NCBI GenBank assembly: GCA_041688515.1
Contig: JBDNHZ010000085.1
Span: 1-47,769 of the forward strand
Direction of reading: 5' to 3'
Length of the DNA: 47,769 nucleotides
Source: Verrucomicrobiota bacterium
GTDB lineage: Bacteria > Verrucomicrobiota > Verrucomicrobiia > Limisphaerales > UBA9464
Below, piece by piece: positions 18,277 through 27,512 of this stretch. The notes under the pieces were generated by a model. The model ran no database searches, had not been told where the DNA came from, and saw only the letters and a program-made list of their open reading frames with translations. Made by a program: the position numbers and the translations under genes. How positions within the stretch are numbered: position 1 is the first letter of the stretch; each line of letters begins with the position of its first letter.

Positions 18277-18375
18277 GTGAGGGGCTCACGATAGACCGGT
18301 TCAGGCGGATGGGCAGGCGGGAAACGCAGCCTGTCGGGGAGTTTGACACCCGGGGCGGTCTTTGCGATACCGGGC

Positions 18376-18525
18376 GCCTCGCCGAAGCCCGGCTGTCTCC
18401 AGAAGCCGGGCGCGGGGGAACCAGATTCCGGTTCTTCCCTGGAAGAATCGGACGGGGCGAACGCGACCGGGCAACCGGAAGCCAGGGCACCTTTCAGCCC
18501 AAGCCCGTCAGCTAACCTCGCAGGC
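18376..18525 (+). promoter_or_regulatory. c-di-AMP riboswitch (ydaO/yuaA motif)-like element in the kup leader
   Basis: The pseudo-two-fold motif is recognisable. CGCCGAAGCC-hairpin-GCGCGGGGGAACC matches GCCGAAUCC..ACGGAGGAACC. GGAAGAAUCGG-hairpin-CAGGGCACC matches GGGGUUAAUC..UAGGGAUACC. The 3' segment CCCGTCAGCTAACCTCGCAGGC is nearly identical to CCCGUCAGCUAACCUCGUAAGC as I recall it from B. subtilis ydaO. Comparison is from memory, with no covariance-model search run. Confidence 0.75.
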
Positions 18526-18718
18526 ATGGAAAGGGGCATGAACACGGACCGCTGGGTCGCGGCCTGACATTGCCCTTGAGGGAGCGTCAGCCGTGTTTGC
18601 CATGAAGATTCAATTCAGGTTCTGCCATCGGGGCAGGTGCCCCAGCGTCAGGTCGAGGTGCCGTCGGCAGTCATGGAACCGGGTGAACGCCCGTTCGCGC
18701 CCGCCAACCGCAGCCTGA

Positions 18719-20620
18719 ATGCGCCCCATGCAAACTGATACCTCCGGTCGTTCCCGTTTGCCCGGTCTTGCCTTGGCCGCACTGGGCGTGGTCTTCGGCG
18801 ACATCGGCACCAGTCCTCTCTACGCGCTCCGCGAATGCTTTGACGGACCTCACAAAATGACCCTGACCCGGGAGCACATTTTCGGGGTACTGTCGTTGTT
18901 CTTCTGGTCCCTCGTGATGATCGTCTCGATCAAGTATATCGTTTTCGTCATGCGGGCCGACAACAAGGGCGAGGGCGGCATCCTGGCCCTTCTCTCGTTG
19001 GCGTTCCCGGAGAAACGGGGGGCGGATCGACGGATCGGATGGACCCCGAAGATCATGGTCGCCTTGGGACTGTTTGGGGCGGCCCTGCTTTACGGCGACG
19101 GCATGATCACACCGGCCGTCTCGGTCCTGGGCGCGGTCGAAGGTTTGAACGTTCTGGCACCCACCCTCAAGTCGTGGGTGGTGCCGATCAGCGTGGTCAT
19201 CCTCACCGGACTTTTCCTGGCCCAGCGGGCTGGGACCGGAGCCGTGGGACGAGTCTTTGGTCCGGTGATGATCGTCTGGTTCGTTGTAATCAGCGTTCTG
19301 GGTGTGCGCGGAATCCTCAGGGAACCGGCGGTTCTGGCGGCCCTGAATCCCTGGTACGGCATCCGGTTCTTTCTCGAAGGGGGCTGGCACGTGTTTCCGA
19401 TTCTTGGATCGGTATTCCTGGTCGTGACCGGGGGCGAGGCGTTGTACGCCGACATGGGACATTTTGGCCGGAAGCCGATTCGGATTGCTTGGTTCGGCAT
19501 GGTCCTGCCAGCGCTGTTCCTGAATTACCTGGGGCAGGGAGCGCTGCTCATGACGGATCCTTTGGCAGCCCACAATCCCTTCTACAATCTCGCCCCGAAG
19601 TGGGCGTTGATCCCGCTGATGATCCTCGCGACCGGCGCGGCGGTGATCGCCTCGCAGGCGCTGATCAGCGGAGCGTTTTCCCTGACCATGCAGGGCATCC
19701 AGCTCGGCTACATCCCGCGTTTGGCGATTGAGCGCACTTCTGAAAGTGAGCGAGGCCAGATCTACATGCCGCACGTCAATCTGGCGATGGCGCTCGTTTG
19801 TCTCAGCCTGGTGATTGGATTCAAGACGTCCTCCAATCTAGCCGCGGCTTACGGCATCGGGGTGACCATGACGATGGGCATTGATACGCTGCTGTTCTTC
19901 TTTGCCTCCCGCCGGCTCTGGAACTGGCCCTGGTGGGTGGCAGCGCTGGTCTGCGTTCCCATCCTGCTGATCGAGTTTTCCTTCTTCGGTGCCAATGCCC
20001 TGAAGATCGCCCACGGCGGTTGGTTCCCCCTGGCGATCGGCATCCTGCTCTTCACCCTCATGGCGACGTGGAAGCGCGGACGTCAGTTGCTCTGGGATCG
20101 GGTTCGATCCACCTCAATTCCAGCCGACAAGTTCATCGAGAGCATCGAACGCCGGCAGCCGGCGCGGGTGGAGGGAACGGCGGTGTACATGGCTGGCAGT
20201 TCCGACGGAACGCCGCTGGCCCTCCTGCACAACCTGAAACACAACAAGGTCCTCCATCGCCGGGTTGTCTTCCTCACCATCCAGGTGGATGAAGATCCCC
20301 GGGTCCCGGACGACGAGCGGGTGGAGATCGAGAAGTTGCCGCATGGCTTCTGGCGGGTGCGTGCGCGCTTTGGGTTCTTCGAGGAACCCAACGTGCCGAT
20401 GGTGCTCAACATCTGTGCGGAGAAGGGGCTCGAATTCAAGGAGACCGAAACCACGTTCTTCCTCAGTCGCGAGACCATCATTCCCGCCCGCAGGGCCGGC
20501 ATGGCCCTGTGGCGCGAGCACCTGTTCGCCGTGATGGCCCGCAACGCCCAGAGCGCCACCGCCTTCTTCCGGCTGCCCGCCAACCGCGTCGTCGAGTTGG
20601 GCATGCAGGTCGAGATCTGA
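18719..20620 (+). CDS. kup: KUP/HAK/KT family potassium transporter
   Basis: LGVVFGDIGTSPLYALRECF signature near the N-terminus, about 12 hydrophobic segments, and the conserved cytoplasmic C-terminal domain. Length is 633 aa. Confidence 0.95.
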   Translation: MRPMQTDTSGRSRLPGLALAALGVVFGDIGTSPLYALRECFDGPHKMTLTREHIFGVLSLFFWSLVMIVSIKYIVFVMRADNKGEGGILALLSLAFPEKRGADRRIGWTPKIMVALGLFGAALLYGDGMITPAVSVLGAVEGLNVLAPTLKSWVVPISVVILTGLFLAQRAGTGAVGRVFGPVMIVWFVVISVLGVRGILREPAVLAALNPWYGIRFFLEGGWHVFPILGSVFLVVTGGEALYADMGHFGRKPIRIAWFGMVLPALFLNYLGQGALLMTDPLAAHNPFYNLAPKWALIPLMILATGAAVIASQALISGAFSLTMQGIQLGYIPRLAIERTSESERGQIYMPHVNLAMALVCLSLVIGFKTSSNLAAAYGIGVTMTMGIDTLLFFFASRRLWNWPWWVAALVCVPILLIEFSFFGANALKIAHGGWFPLAIGILLFTLMATWKRGRQLLWDRVRSTSIPADKFIESIERRQPARVEGTAVYMAGSSDGTPLALLHNLKHNKVLHRRVVFLTIQVDEDPRVPDDERVEIEKLPHGFWRVRARFGFFEEPNVPMVLNICAEKGLEFKETETTFFLSRETIIPARRAGMALWREHLFAVMARNAQSATAFFRLPANRVVELGMQVEI

Positions 20621-20683
20621 ACGGGCCTGTGCCGGGATTGGCGACGCCCGGCAAAATGTCTGCCAGGCGCGATCGCCAATCCG

Positions 20684-20987
20684 GTGCGATCATTGGCAAC
20701 ATCATCTCTGGCCATGAATCATCGTCGTTGGGGTTCGTTGCTCCGGTCCTTCCTGATCGCCACCGGTGCCTCGGGGCTTTCGTTGCTCGCGCAGGAAGCC
20801 GCGTCCGCCCCCGCGCTCCGGGGCTTGTTCCTGGGCGATGACGGACATCCTCGTCCGGAGGATCGCTTCCGCCAGTTGCAGCCCGATCGAGAGTTGGGAC
20901 GAGACCTACGTCCACACCAGGCAAAATACCAACCGCCTCGTCCTCTCCGAGCGACGCGGGAGAGCGATCACACTTTATAATGTGTGA
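20684..20987 (+). pseudogene. Truncated N-terminal remnant of a secreted PVC-type dehydrogenase/ThuA-like protein
   Basis: Signal-like start followed by ALRGLFLGDDGHPRPEDRFRQLQP, resembling the vLFLGDnGHHrP..R..qL.P N-termini of large PVC proteins. The sense then jumps to another frame (..IESWDETYVHT..). Both frames stop at the palindrome at 20964-20991. Confidence 0.35.
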
Positions 20988-20991
20988 TCGT
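20964..20991. repeat. Palindromic repeat family D (imperfect copy)
   Basis: GCGATCACACTTTATAATGTGTGATCGT. It is related to the perfect 28-bp palindrome at 32841-32868. Degenerate E-, C- and B-type repeat modules follow it (about 21007-21090). Confidence 0.8.
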
Positions 20992-21149
20992 CATCATTGC
21001 GGCGATGGGGACTCGCTCGTCCCTCCAGGACTCAGCTCGAAGAGAGCGAGGACGCCCGTGGTCCCAGGAGGCGCAGGGTCCAGATGCGCGGAACACGGAT
21101 GGGGACTTCCCATGGCTTGTAGTCATTACCGAGGGCGGTAAGCTGGGGC

Positions 21150-22160
21150 GTGAAGATCGACCTGCTTCCCTGGCTTGCGGTGGCGTCCCTCCTGGTCGGT
21201 TGCGGGAAGAACGATCCGCCGTCCCCTCCGCCTGTGCCCCCGGCACCCCCTGCGGTGCCCGTTGTCGCGCCCCCCGCGGCTCCTCCGGTCGTCCCGACGG
21301 TCGCGTCGGCCCAAGTGACCCTGGCTCCTCCCAACGTTGCGGCTCCAACCGTCCCAACTCCGCCGCCGGTTCCCGTGACGGTGGAGGCGTCGAAGCCCTT
21401 GGCGGGCGCGGTCCCGGTCATCCCGGATGCGCCGACTGCGCGTCAGCGGGCCCTGGACACCTTGCAACGCGTAGTGGAGGCGGTGCCCGGAACGGCTGCC
21501 CTGGCGAATGCCGCGCCCGTGGCCACGCCGACACTCACTCTGGCCGACCTTTCAACGGATCAGGTGACCCGTGGATTGAAGGAAGCCCTGGGCAAGGGCC
21601 TGGAGCAGGCGGTGGGTTCGCTCGGCAAGAGCGGGGGATTCCTGACCAATCTCAACGTGAAGATCCCGCTCCCGGAGCGATTCCAGGCGGTGGAAAAGGC
21701 CCTACGTTCGATGGGGCAGGATCGGGTGGCGGACGAGTTCGTCACCACCATGAACCAGGCGGCGGAGCAGGCCGTGCCGGCCGCAGCGACGGTGTTCAAG
21801 GAGAGCCTCCAGAAGATGTCGGTGGCCGACGCGAAGAAGATCCTGAGCGGATCGAACAATGCCGCCACGGTTTACTTCCGGGAATCGACCCAGACGGAGC
21901 TGACCCAGAAGTTCCTGCCCATCGTCCAGAAGGCGACGGCCGCCAGCGGTGCGACCGCGGCCTACAAGCAGATCACGGACAAGGTCAAGCTGGCTGGACC
22001 CTTCGTCCGGGTGCCGGAGTTGGATCTCGATGGATACGTGACCGAGAAGGCGCTCGACGGCCTCTTCAAGCAGGTGGCGGCGGAGGAACGTCGGATCCGC
22101 GAGACGCCCGCAGCCCGGACTACCGAGTTGTTGAAGTCGGTGTTCGGGTTTGGGAAGTAG
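21150..22160 (+). CDS. DUF4197 domain lipoprotein with Pro-rich linker
   Basis: Lipobox LLVGC, PPxP-rich spacer, then the DUF4197-like pattern (GLKEAL..GFL.N..VKIPLP...MNQAAEQAV..DAKKIL.GSNNAAT.YF.....L...F.PIV....YVTEKALDGLF..VA.EE..IRE.PAARTTELLK.VFG). GTG start. Confidence 0.8.
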   Translation: MKIDLLPWLAVASLLVGCGKNDPPSPPPVPPAPPAVPVVAPPAAPPVVPTVASAQVTLAPPNVAAPTVPTPPPVPVTVEASKPLAGAVPVIPDAPTARQRALDTLQRVVEAVPGTAALANAAPVATPTLTLADLSTDQVTRGLKEALGKGLEQAVGSLGKSGGFLTNLNVKIPLPERFQAVEKALRSMGQDRVADEFVTTMNQAAEQAVPAAATVFKESLQKMSVADAKKILSGSNNAATVYFRESTQTELTQKFLPIVQKATAASGATAAYKQITDKVKLAGPFVRVPELDLDGYVTEKALDGLFKQVAAEERRIRETPAARTTELLKSVFGFGK

Positions 22161-22208
22161 CAGCGGAATTGACGGGCGACAGCGAAAGTTGGAGCCTTTG
22201 TCATTGCT

Positions 22209-22655
22209 GTGAACCTCTTCTCTTTCCTCTCTGCCCTGGGCGTCATCGGCCTCGCTTCAGCACAGGCGGCGCTCTTCTCCTTTCACGCGATCAACCTGAA
22301 CGGAGGCCAGGAGGTTCCGCCGAATGGAAGTTCTGGCTGGGGCTCTGCAACGGGCCTTTATGATACCGACACTCAGGAGTTCAGTCTGGGAGCCCTCGTC
22401 GGCGGTCTGTCGAGCGGGATCACCGCGGCCAACATCCACCTGGGAGTGCCGGGCGTGGCCGGGTCGGTGGTCATCCCGCTCAATGCGGTCATCGGCTTCA
22501 CCGGTGGCCCCGTCAACAGCGCGTTCGTCATCCTGACTCCCGCCGAGGAAGCAGATCTGTTCTTCGGGAGGTGGTACGTGAATATTCAGACGGCGGAATT
22601 CCCCGAAGGCGAGATCCGGGGGCAGATCCAACTGGGATCCGCCGTTGTTCCGTAG
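22209..22655 (+). CDS. CHRD domain protein; an in-frame PEP-CTERM anchor follows the TAG stop (to 22745)
   Basis: Signal peptide, then the CHRD pattern L.GGQEVPPN.S.G.G.A... ITAANIHLGVPGVAGSVV ... WYVNIQT.EFPEGEIRGQI. After TAG (22653-22655) the same frame reads PEHYATIGCLGLVGFGYWRARSRR, then TGA at 22743-22745. Confidence 0.8.
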   Translation: MNLFSFLSALGVIGLASAQAALFSFHAINLNGGQEVPPNGSSGWGSATGLYDTDTQEFSLGALVGGLSSGITAANIHLGVPGVAGSVVIPLNAVIGFTGGPVNSAFVILTPAEEADLFFGRWYVNIQTAEFPEGEIRGQIQLGSAVVP

Positions 22656-22771
22656 CCGGAACACTACGCCACGATCGGATGCCTTGGCCTGGTCGGTTTC
22701 GGCTATTGGCGTGCCCGCTCCCGCCGGATGGGCGGATCGGTCTGATCACTCCGATCTCCGAAAGGGACCCC

Positions 22772-24019
22772 CTACTTCACGAAGTCGAGGTCCGCCGGCG
22801 GTTTGCCGGTGGTGGCCCGGCTGAACTTCTGGCCGAAGGGGGTGAACCCCTCAAGGAAGCCGCCGTGACTGAGAAAGAACTGGCCGTTCTCGACGCCCAT
22901 GAAGCGGTCGAGGCGATCGGCCTTGCCGGTGCCATCGTGGCTGAAGCCCGCCTCGGTGATCTCGATCCAGTCGCCTTTGTCGGTGCGGACCCACTGATTT
23001 CCATAGAGGGCCTTGCGGGGCAGATGACCGGTGCTGCCCCAGAAATTCTCGCTGAAGCTATGGGGACGCTTGAGCCAGCCTCCTTCCTTGGGTGCCTTCC
23101 AGGACGAGATCAGCATCCATTTGCGGCTGTCGGGATGGTAGTAATAGCCGGAATAGATGGTGAAGGTCTCGTTGGTGGGCTGGGCGGTGACGAGGAACCG
23201 CTGTTTGTCTCCGGTCTTCCATGGGTACTTCAGGTGGCTGTGACCGCCCGTCCCTTCATTGCCGAAGTCGCCGGTGTACACACCATCGCCCTTGTCCATG
23301 AGTTTCACGCGGTTCTCGTCGCCCACCTTGTTTCGGTCCACCGCTTCTCCGCCGCTGTCCCAGACGGAAAAAATGATGCGGCGTTCGGTCGGGCTGTTCA
23401 CCTGCATGCCGAAATAGCCGCGATGCCATCCGCAGGCCATATAGAAGGTGGTGACCGGCTCTTCGACTGCGGTCACCTCGCAGTAGAACGCCGAGAGATT
23501 GGTTCCAGCCGGCGCGGTATAACTCAGGTGGACCGAGGCGGCGTTTCGCCGTTCCTTGAGATTGAAATGGGCCTTCTCCAGGGCAGGGCCATCCAGAAGC
23601 AGCGTCTCCAGGTCCCCCGCCGGACGTCCCTTCGGATTGAGTGAATCCAGCTGGAACCGGTGATATCCGGTTTTGGAAAGGTCGAAGGAACCGAAGGCAA
23701 CCGTGGTGGCCTCCTTGCCGCCGCGGGCGGTGGCTTCCTGCGAAGTTCCACCGACAGTGAGTTTCAGCTTCGATTCGGCTCCCTCGGGCAATCGGAACTG
23801 GAGCTTCGCTGTCAGGGATCCGGTGGTGTTGATCTGTCCGTACCAGTTCACCGACTGGGCTGGGTCGGTCCAGTTGCGGACGCCGCCGCGCTCGGAGATC
23901 CGGGCGGCGTTGGCATCCGGCAGCGTGTAGGCGGTGAAGGCCGGGACATGGAGTTCGGCGGCTCCGAGGTGGGCCGCCGTCGTGATCCCCATGAGGACCG
24001 CCTGGAATAGGCTTCGCAT
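22772..24019 (-). CDS. DUF5077 + DUF3472 domain protein (secreted)
   Basis: Signal peptide when started at the ATG at 24019 (MRSLFQAVLMGITTAAHLGAA). The C-terminal half (..FYMACGWHRGYFGMQVNSPTERRIIFSVWD..GTGGHSHLKYPWKTG..) resembles DUF3472. The N-terminal half resembles DUF5077. Assignment is from memory of these families. Confidence 0.65.
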   Translation of the reverse strand: MRSLFQAVLMGITTAAHLGAAELHVPAFTAYTLPDANAARISERGGVRNWTDPAQSVNWYGQINTTGSLTAKLQFRLPEGAESKLKLTVGGTSQEATARGGKEATTVAFGSFDLSKTGYHRFQLDSLNPKGRPAGDLETLLLDGPALEKAHFNLKERRNAASVHLSYTAPAGTNLSAFYCEVTAVEEPVTTFYMACGWHRGYFGMQVNSPTERRIIFSVWDSGGEAVDRNKVGDENRVKLMDKGDGVYTGDFGNEGTGGHSHLKYPWKTGDKQRFLVTAQPTNETFTIYSGYYYHPDSRKWMLISSWKAPKEGGWLKRPHSFSENFWGSTGHLPRKALYGNQWVRTDKGDWIEITEAGFSHDGTGKADRLDRFMGVENGQFFLSHGGFLEGFTPFGQKFSRATTGKPPADLDFVK

Positions 24020-24128
24020 CGCCCCAGCATTGGGGAGCCCGGGTCGGCGGGCAAGGGAGTGGATGCACCTGAGGGGGAAGACCCTGCCGCGGGAAATTCC
24101 TTTTGAGATCGGCGGTGACGCCGCCCCA

Positions 24129-26078
24129 TCAGGCAATCTGCAGCACGCGTTGGTAGAAGGTGATCGCCTCGTCGGGATTGTCGGTCACCAGCATGTTGTC
24201 GGTGATCCAGCGGGGAGCGCGACCGGACTCGACCATGCGCACGAGTTGGGTCGCGAGGGCGCTCCAGTAGAGGTCGTTGGTCTCGCGTCCGAAGAAGATG
24301 ATGGGTTCACGGTTGAGCAGCCCGAGCTTGATGTCGGTGAGCGTGAGCCCGATCTCCTCCAATGTTCCGACGCCTCCGATGCAGAACAGGTGGAAGCGCG
24401 CGACTTCGAACCAACGCTGGCGCATGTGTCGCGAGCCGCCTTGGAACATCTGATAGAAGCCGACTGACGGATCGATGTTCTGGTCGGCGTTCTCCAGATA
24501 GTTGTTGCCGATCATCAGGTTCAGTTGGGTGCCCAACTCGGAGACATGCTTCATCACGCCGCCCCCGCCCCCGGTGAGGAACGCGAGGCTGGTGCCGAAC
24601 AGTTGCTTGAAGCGGCTGAGCATGGCGGCCAGGCGGTTCTGATCGGTGTCGGTGAGGTCCATTACCGATCCGTATACCGCCATCACCACCGAATCCTGAA
24701 ACTCTTCCACCCGATCCTCGGGAACGAAGAAGGTGCGTCGCTCCTTTTGGGTCAGCTTGGCCACGTGTTTAAACAACGGGTTGCTCCAATAGATCTCCGT
24801 GCCGAAATCCGCGAGGTCCGCCATGCGGACATGGTCGCGCTCCGAGAAGAATGGACCGCGCTCCGCCGAGGCCTGACGGAAGATCAGGGCCTTGAGGTTT
24901 CCCGACGCCGCACAGGAGAGAAGTTCGGGGAACTCGACCGTGTCCGGGAAGTACTCGGAGAACAGGGTGATCGGTCGATCGGTGGGGAGCCGGTTGTGCG
25001 TGGCCAGATCCCGGGCGCGGCGACGCATGGCCTCGGGAGTGCGTTGCAGGGCGTGCCGTGGCGCGTGGAAGACGCAACGGGCCCCGCCCGATCCCGTGTT
25101 GAGGGAGGTGACAATTTCCCCGACCGAAACGGGGCCTTCCTCATACTCGCAGACGACGCGGCCGGGGGCGTCCCCGGCGAGTTTCCGAGCCGTCGTGAAG
25201 AGGGCCTCGATCTGGTCGAAGGAAGTCTGGACGCGTTCCTCCGGGCCGACGGCTCCGACATTGACCAACGGGCGGACCGGATGATCGCGCTGGTCCGCCC
25301 GGTAGATCAGGGCCCGTGCCCGCGGATTCACCACGACGGCATCCGAGGTGTTCTCGAACTCGAGGAAGACCTTCGAGAGACGGGTTTCAACCGGGTCCAG
25401 AATCCGGGCGGAGAGATGGGCGGCGGAATGGGCCGGTTCGGTATCGAGCACGAGGTAGTGCTGGTGCAGGAACATGGCGCACGACGTGATCAACCCCTCG
25501 CCCGGTTGCAGGATAAGCGAGTCCGTGGTGTGCCGGATCTGCAGGGTGTTGAGCAGTTCCTTGCCGTAGTGCCGGTTCAACACGGCGAACAGTTGATCCC
25601 GATTGATCGGTGCAGGGAATTCATACCGGCAGAATTGCGGTGAGAATTCCACGGAACCATCGGCCCGTAGCGAATAGCCGCGGGGAAGGAGAAGCTTGCG
25701 CTCGATCAAGGCCTGGTGCGCTTCATTCGCTCCGCACAACTGCATCGGATCACAGGCGACGAGACGTCCGATGCCCACACCCGGTACCAGACACGTCTGA
25801 AGCAGCGAGTTGAGTTGGTAGGAGGCGATGGTCGCACGGCCCGTCAGGTTGAGCGTGGCGCGCTTCCCCTCGATCACCGGAGGTCCCGCCGGCGAGATGC
25901 TGATGCCCAGCCGACAGATCCGACTGCGCGCAGCGAACACCGCCTGGGAGCCCGACTCGATCCGGTGCCGAAAGGCATCCGGTACGTCGAACTGGGCCGT
26001 GCAGGCAAATTGCCCGGGCGCGGTGAAGCGGATGTCCGAAATGACGCCGTCGGGTGTGCTGGGAGTGAAGTAGTGCAT
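24129..26078 (-). CDS. Large fusion protein: about 450 unassigned N-terminal residues + C-terminal LOG (TIGR00730, nucleotide N-glycosidase) domain
   Basis: LOG motifs lie in the last ~190 aa: AVYGS.., LTGGGGGVMKHVSELG (GGGxGxM), SRHMRQRWF (compare MHERK), and IGGVGTLEEIGL (PGGxGTxEE). The N-terminal region has no motif I can name confidently. Confidence 0.75.
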   Translation of the reverse strand: MHYFTPSTPDGVISDIRFTAPGQFACTAQFDVPDAFRHRIESGSQAVFAARSRICRLGISISPAGPPVIEGKRATLNLTGRATIASYQLNSLLQTCLVPGVGIGRLVACDPMQLCGANEAHQALIERKLLLPRGYSLRADGSVEFSPQFCRYEFPAPINRDQLFAVLNRHYGKELLNTLQIRHTTDSLILQPGEGLITSCAMFLHQHYLVLDTEPAHSAAHLSARILDPVETRLSKVFLEFENTSDAVVVNPRARALIYRADQRDHPVRPLVNVGAVGPEERVQTSFDQIEALFTTARKLAGDAPGRVVCEYEEGPVSVGEIVTSLNTGSGGARCVFHAPRHALQRTPEAMRRRARDLATHNRLPTDRPITLFSEYFPDTVEFPELLSCAASGNLKALIFRQASAERGPFFSERDHVRMADLADFGTEIYWSNPLFKHVAKLTQKERRTFFVPEDRVEEFQDSVVMAVYGSVMDLTDTDQNRLAAMLSRFKQLFGTSLAFLTGGGGGVMKHVSELGTQLNLMIGNNYLENADQNIDPSVGFYQMFQGGSRHMRQRWFEVARFHLFCIGGVGTLEEIGLTLTDIKLGLLNREPIIFFGRETNDLYWSALATQLVRMVESGRAPRWITDNMLVTDNPDEAITFYQRVLQIA

Positions 26079-26216
26079 GAATGCAGCGGACCGGGTGAGT
26101 CGTGAGACGGTCGAAAACTGGCGATTCCGCGGAAAACGGCAAGGACGGAGGGCAGGTGTTCCGGATCGCGTTCGGGTAGGTGGCGAGGGAACGAGGCACC
26201 GGCCGGTTGGGAACGT

Positions 26217-27512
26217 TTACGGACTCGCGGAGCTCGCCCCTCCAGATGAAGTCGTCCCGGCGCTTCGGGCGATCAGGGTGAACACCACGGCCGCCACCAG
26301 CATGAACCCGGCGTAGAAGAGGAACTCACCGGTGCCGCTGGCGTGGACGACGGTGGAATTGATGCGCGTGATGGCGGCCACCAGGAAATTGCCGAGGGCA
26401 GTGCACAGCAGCCACAGGCTCATGACCAGTCCCCGGTAACGTTCGGGGGCGTGGCCATAGGCGAACTCCAGTCCGGTCGCGCTGACCAGCACCTCCCCCA
26501 GTTCCAGCACGGTGTAGGGCAGGAGTTGCCAGGACAACGACAGCGTGGCGCCGCCTTCGATCCGTTGTTGAAGTCCGGCACAGAGCACGAACGACAGGGC
26601 GGCAAAGATGAAGCCAGCGCCCATGCGCTTGAGCGGAGTGAGGTTCCATCCGCGGCGGTTGGCCCAGGGATAAAGGCCAAAGGTCAGGATCGGCACCCAG
26701 ATCAAGACCAGCAGTGCGCTGACGGACTGGATCCGTTCGGCGTCGAAGCGGAAACCGAGCACGTCGAACGGCGTCATGCGCGTGCCCTGGGTCACCCAGC
26801 TGGTATTGATCTGGTCGTAGAGCGCCCAGAAGACCGGGACCGGCGAGAGGATGAGCGCGATGCGTCCGACGGTGGCCAGGTCGGCACCGCCGCCCTCCGT
26901 GGGTTTCGGGGCGACGGGGACGCGCGTGTACGACTTCGACCCCGCCCAAAAGACGGCGGCGGCAATGCCCATGAAGATTCCGGGAATGCCGAACGCCCAG
27001 CGATAGCCGTGGTGATCCCGGGTCCACGGGATGAGGGCGAACCCGAACATCGCTCCGAAGTTGATGGAGGCGTAGAAGAGTCCGTACACCCGGGACAACC
27101 GATCCTTGGCGGAGGGTCCGTACTGATCGCCAACGAAGGCGGACACACAGGGCTTGATGCCCCCGGCGCCGAGCGCGATGAGGGCGAGCCCGGTCAGCAG
27201 CCCGTTTTTCGAGGCGTCGGTAATGGCGATCCAACCATGACCGAGGCAATAGAACACGGAGAGCGCGAGGATCGTGCGGTAACGTCCGAGCCAGCGGTCG
27301 GCGATGAACCCTCCGAGAATCGGCAGGAAATAGACCCCGGTCTTGAAGAGGTGAACGACTTCCTTGGCGTGCGCCTCCCCGAGCTTGAGCTCCTTCTGGA
27401 GATACAACATCAGGATCGAGACCAGTCCGTAGTAGGAGAATCGTTCGCAGGCCTCCATCGTGATGATGAAGGGAACGGATCGGGAGGGTTGATGATGCAT
27501 CGGCGAGCGCAT
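26217..27512 (-). CDS. POT/PTR2 family proton-dependent oligopeptide transporter (MFS)
   Basis: ERFSYYGLVSILMLYL and GGFIADRWLGRYRTI are the PTR2 signature regions. Multiple TM segments. Confidence 0.85.
   Translation of the reverse strand: MRSPMHHQPSRSVPFIITMEACERFSYYGLVSILMLYLQKELKLGEAHAKEVVHLFKTGVYFLPILGGFIADRWLGRYRTILALSVFYCLGHGWIAITDASKNGLLTGLALIALGAGGIKPCVSAFVGDQYGPSAKDRLSRVYGLFYASINFGAMFGFALIPWTRDHHGYRWAFGIPGIFMGIAAAVFWAGSKSYTRVPVAPKPTEGGGADLATVGRIALILSPVPVFWALYDQINTSWVTQGTRMTPFDVLGFRFDAERIQSVSALLVLIWVPILTFGLYPWANRRGWNLTPLKRMGAGFIFAALSFVLCAGLQQRIEGGATLSLSWQLLPYTVLELGEVLVSATGLEFAYGHAPERYRGLVMSLWLLCTALGNFLVAAITRINSTVVHASGTGEFLFYAGFMLVAAVVFTLIARSAGTTSSGGASSASP

Noticed and set aside
22653-22655. 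TAG decoded as pyrrolysine or another recoding event in the CHRD gene
   Set aside because: No pyl genes or PYLIS-like context are visible. The position corresponds to the invariant Glu of VPEP, so a GAG to TAG point change explains it. Read-through remains only a minor possibility, noted in the findings.
24020-24136. 5' extension of the DUF3472 ORF overlapping the 3' end of the LOG-fusion gene
   Set aside because: The internal ATG at 24019 is directly followed by a signal peptide. The extension is Arg/Pro-rich and overlaps the neighbouring gene.
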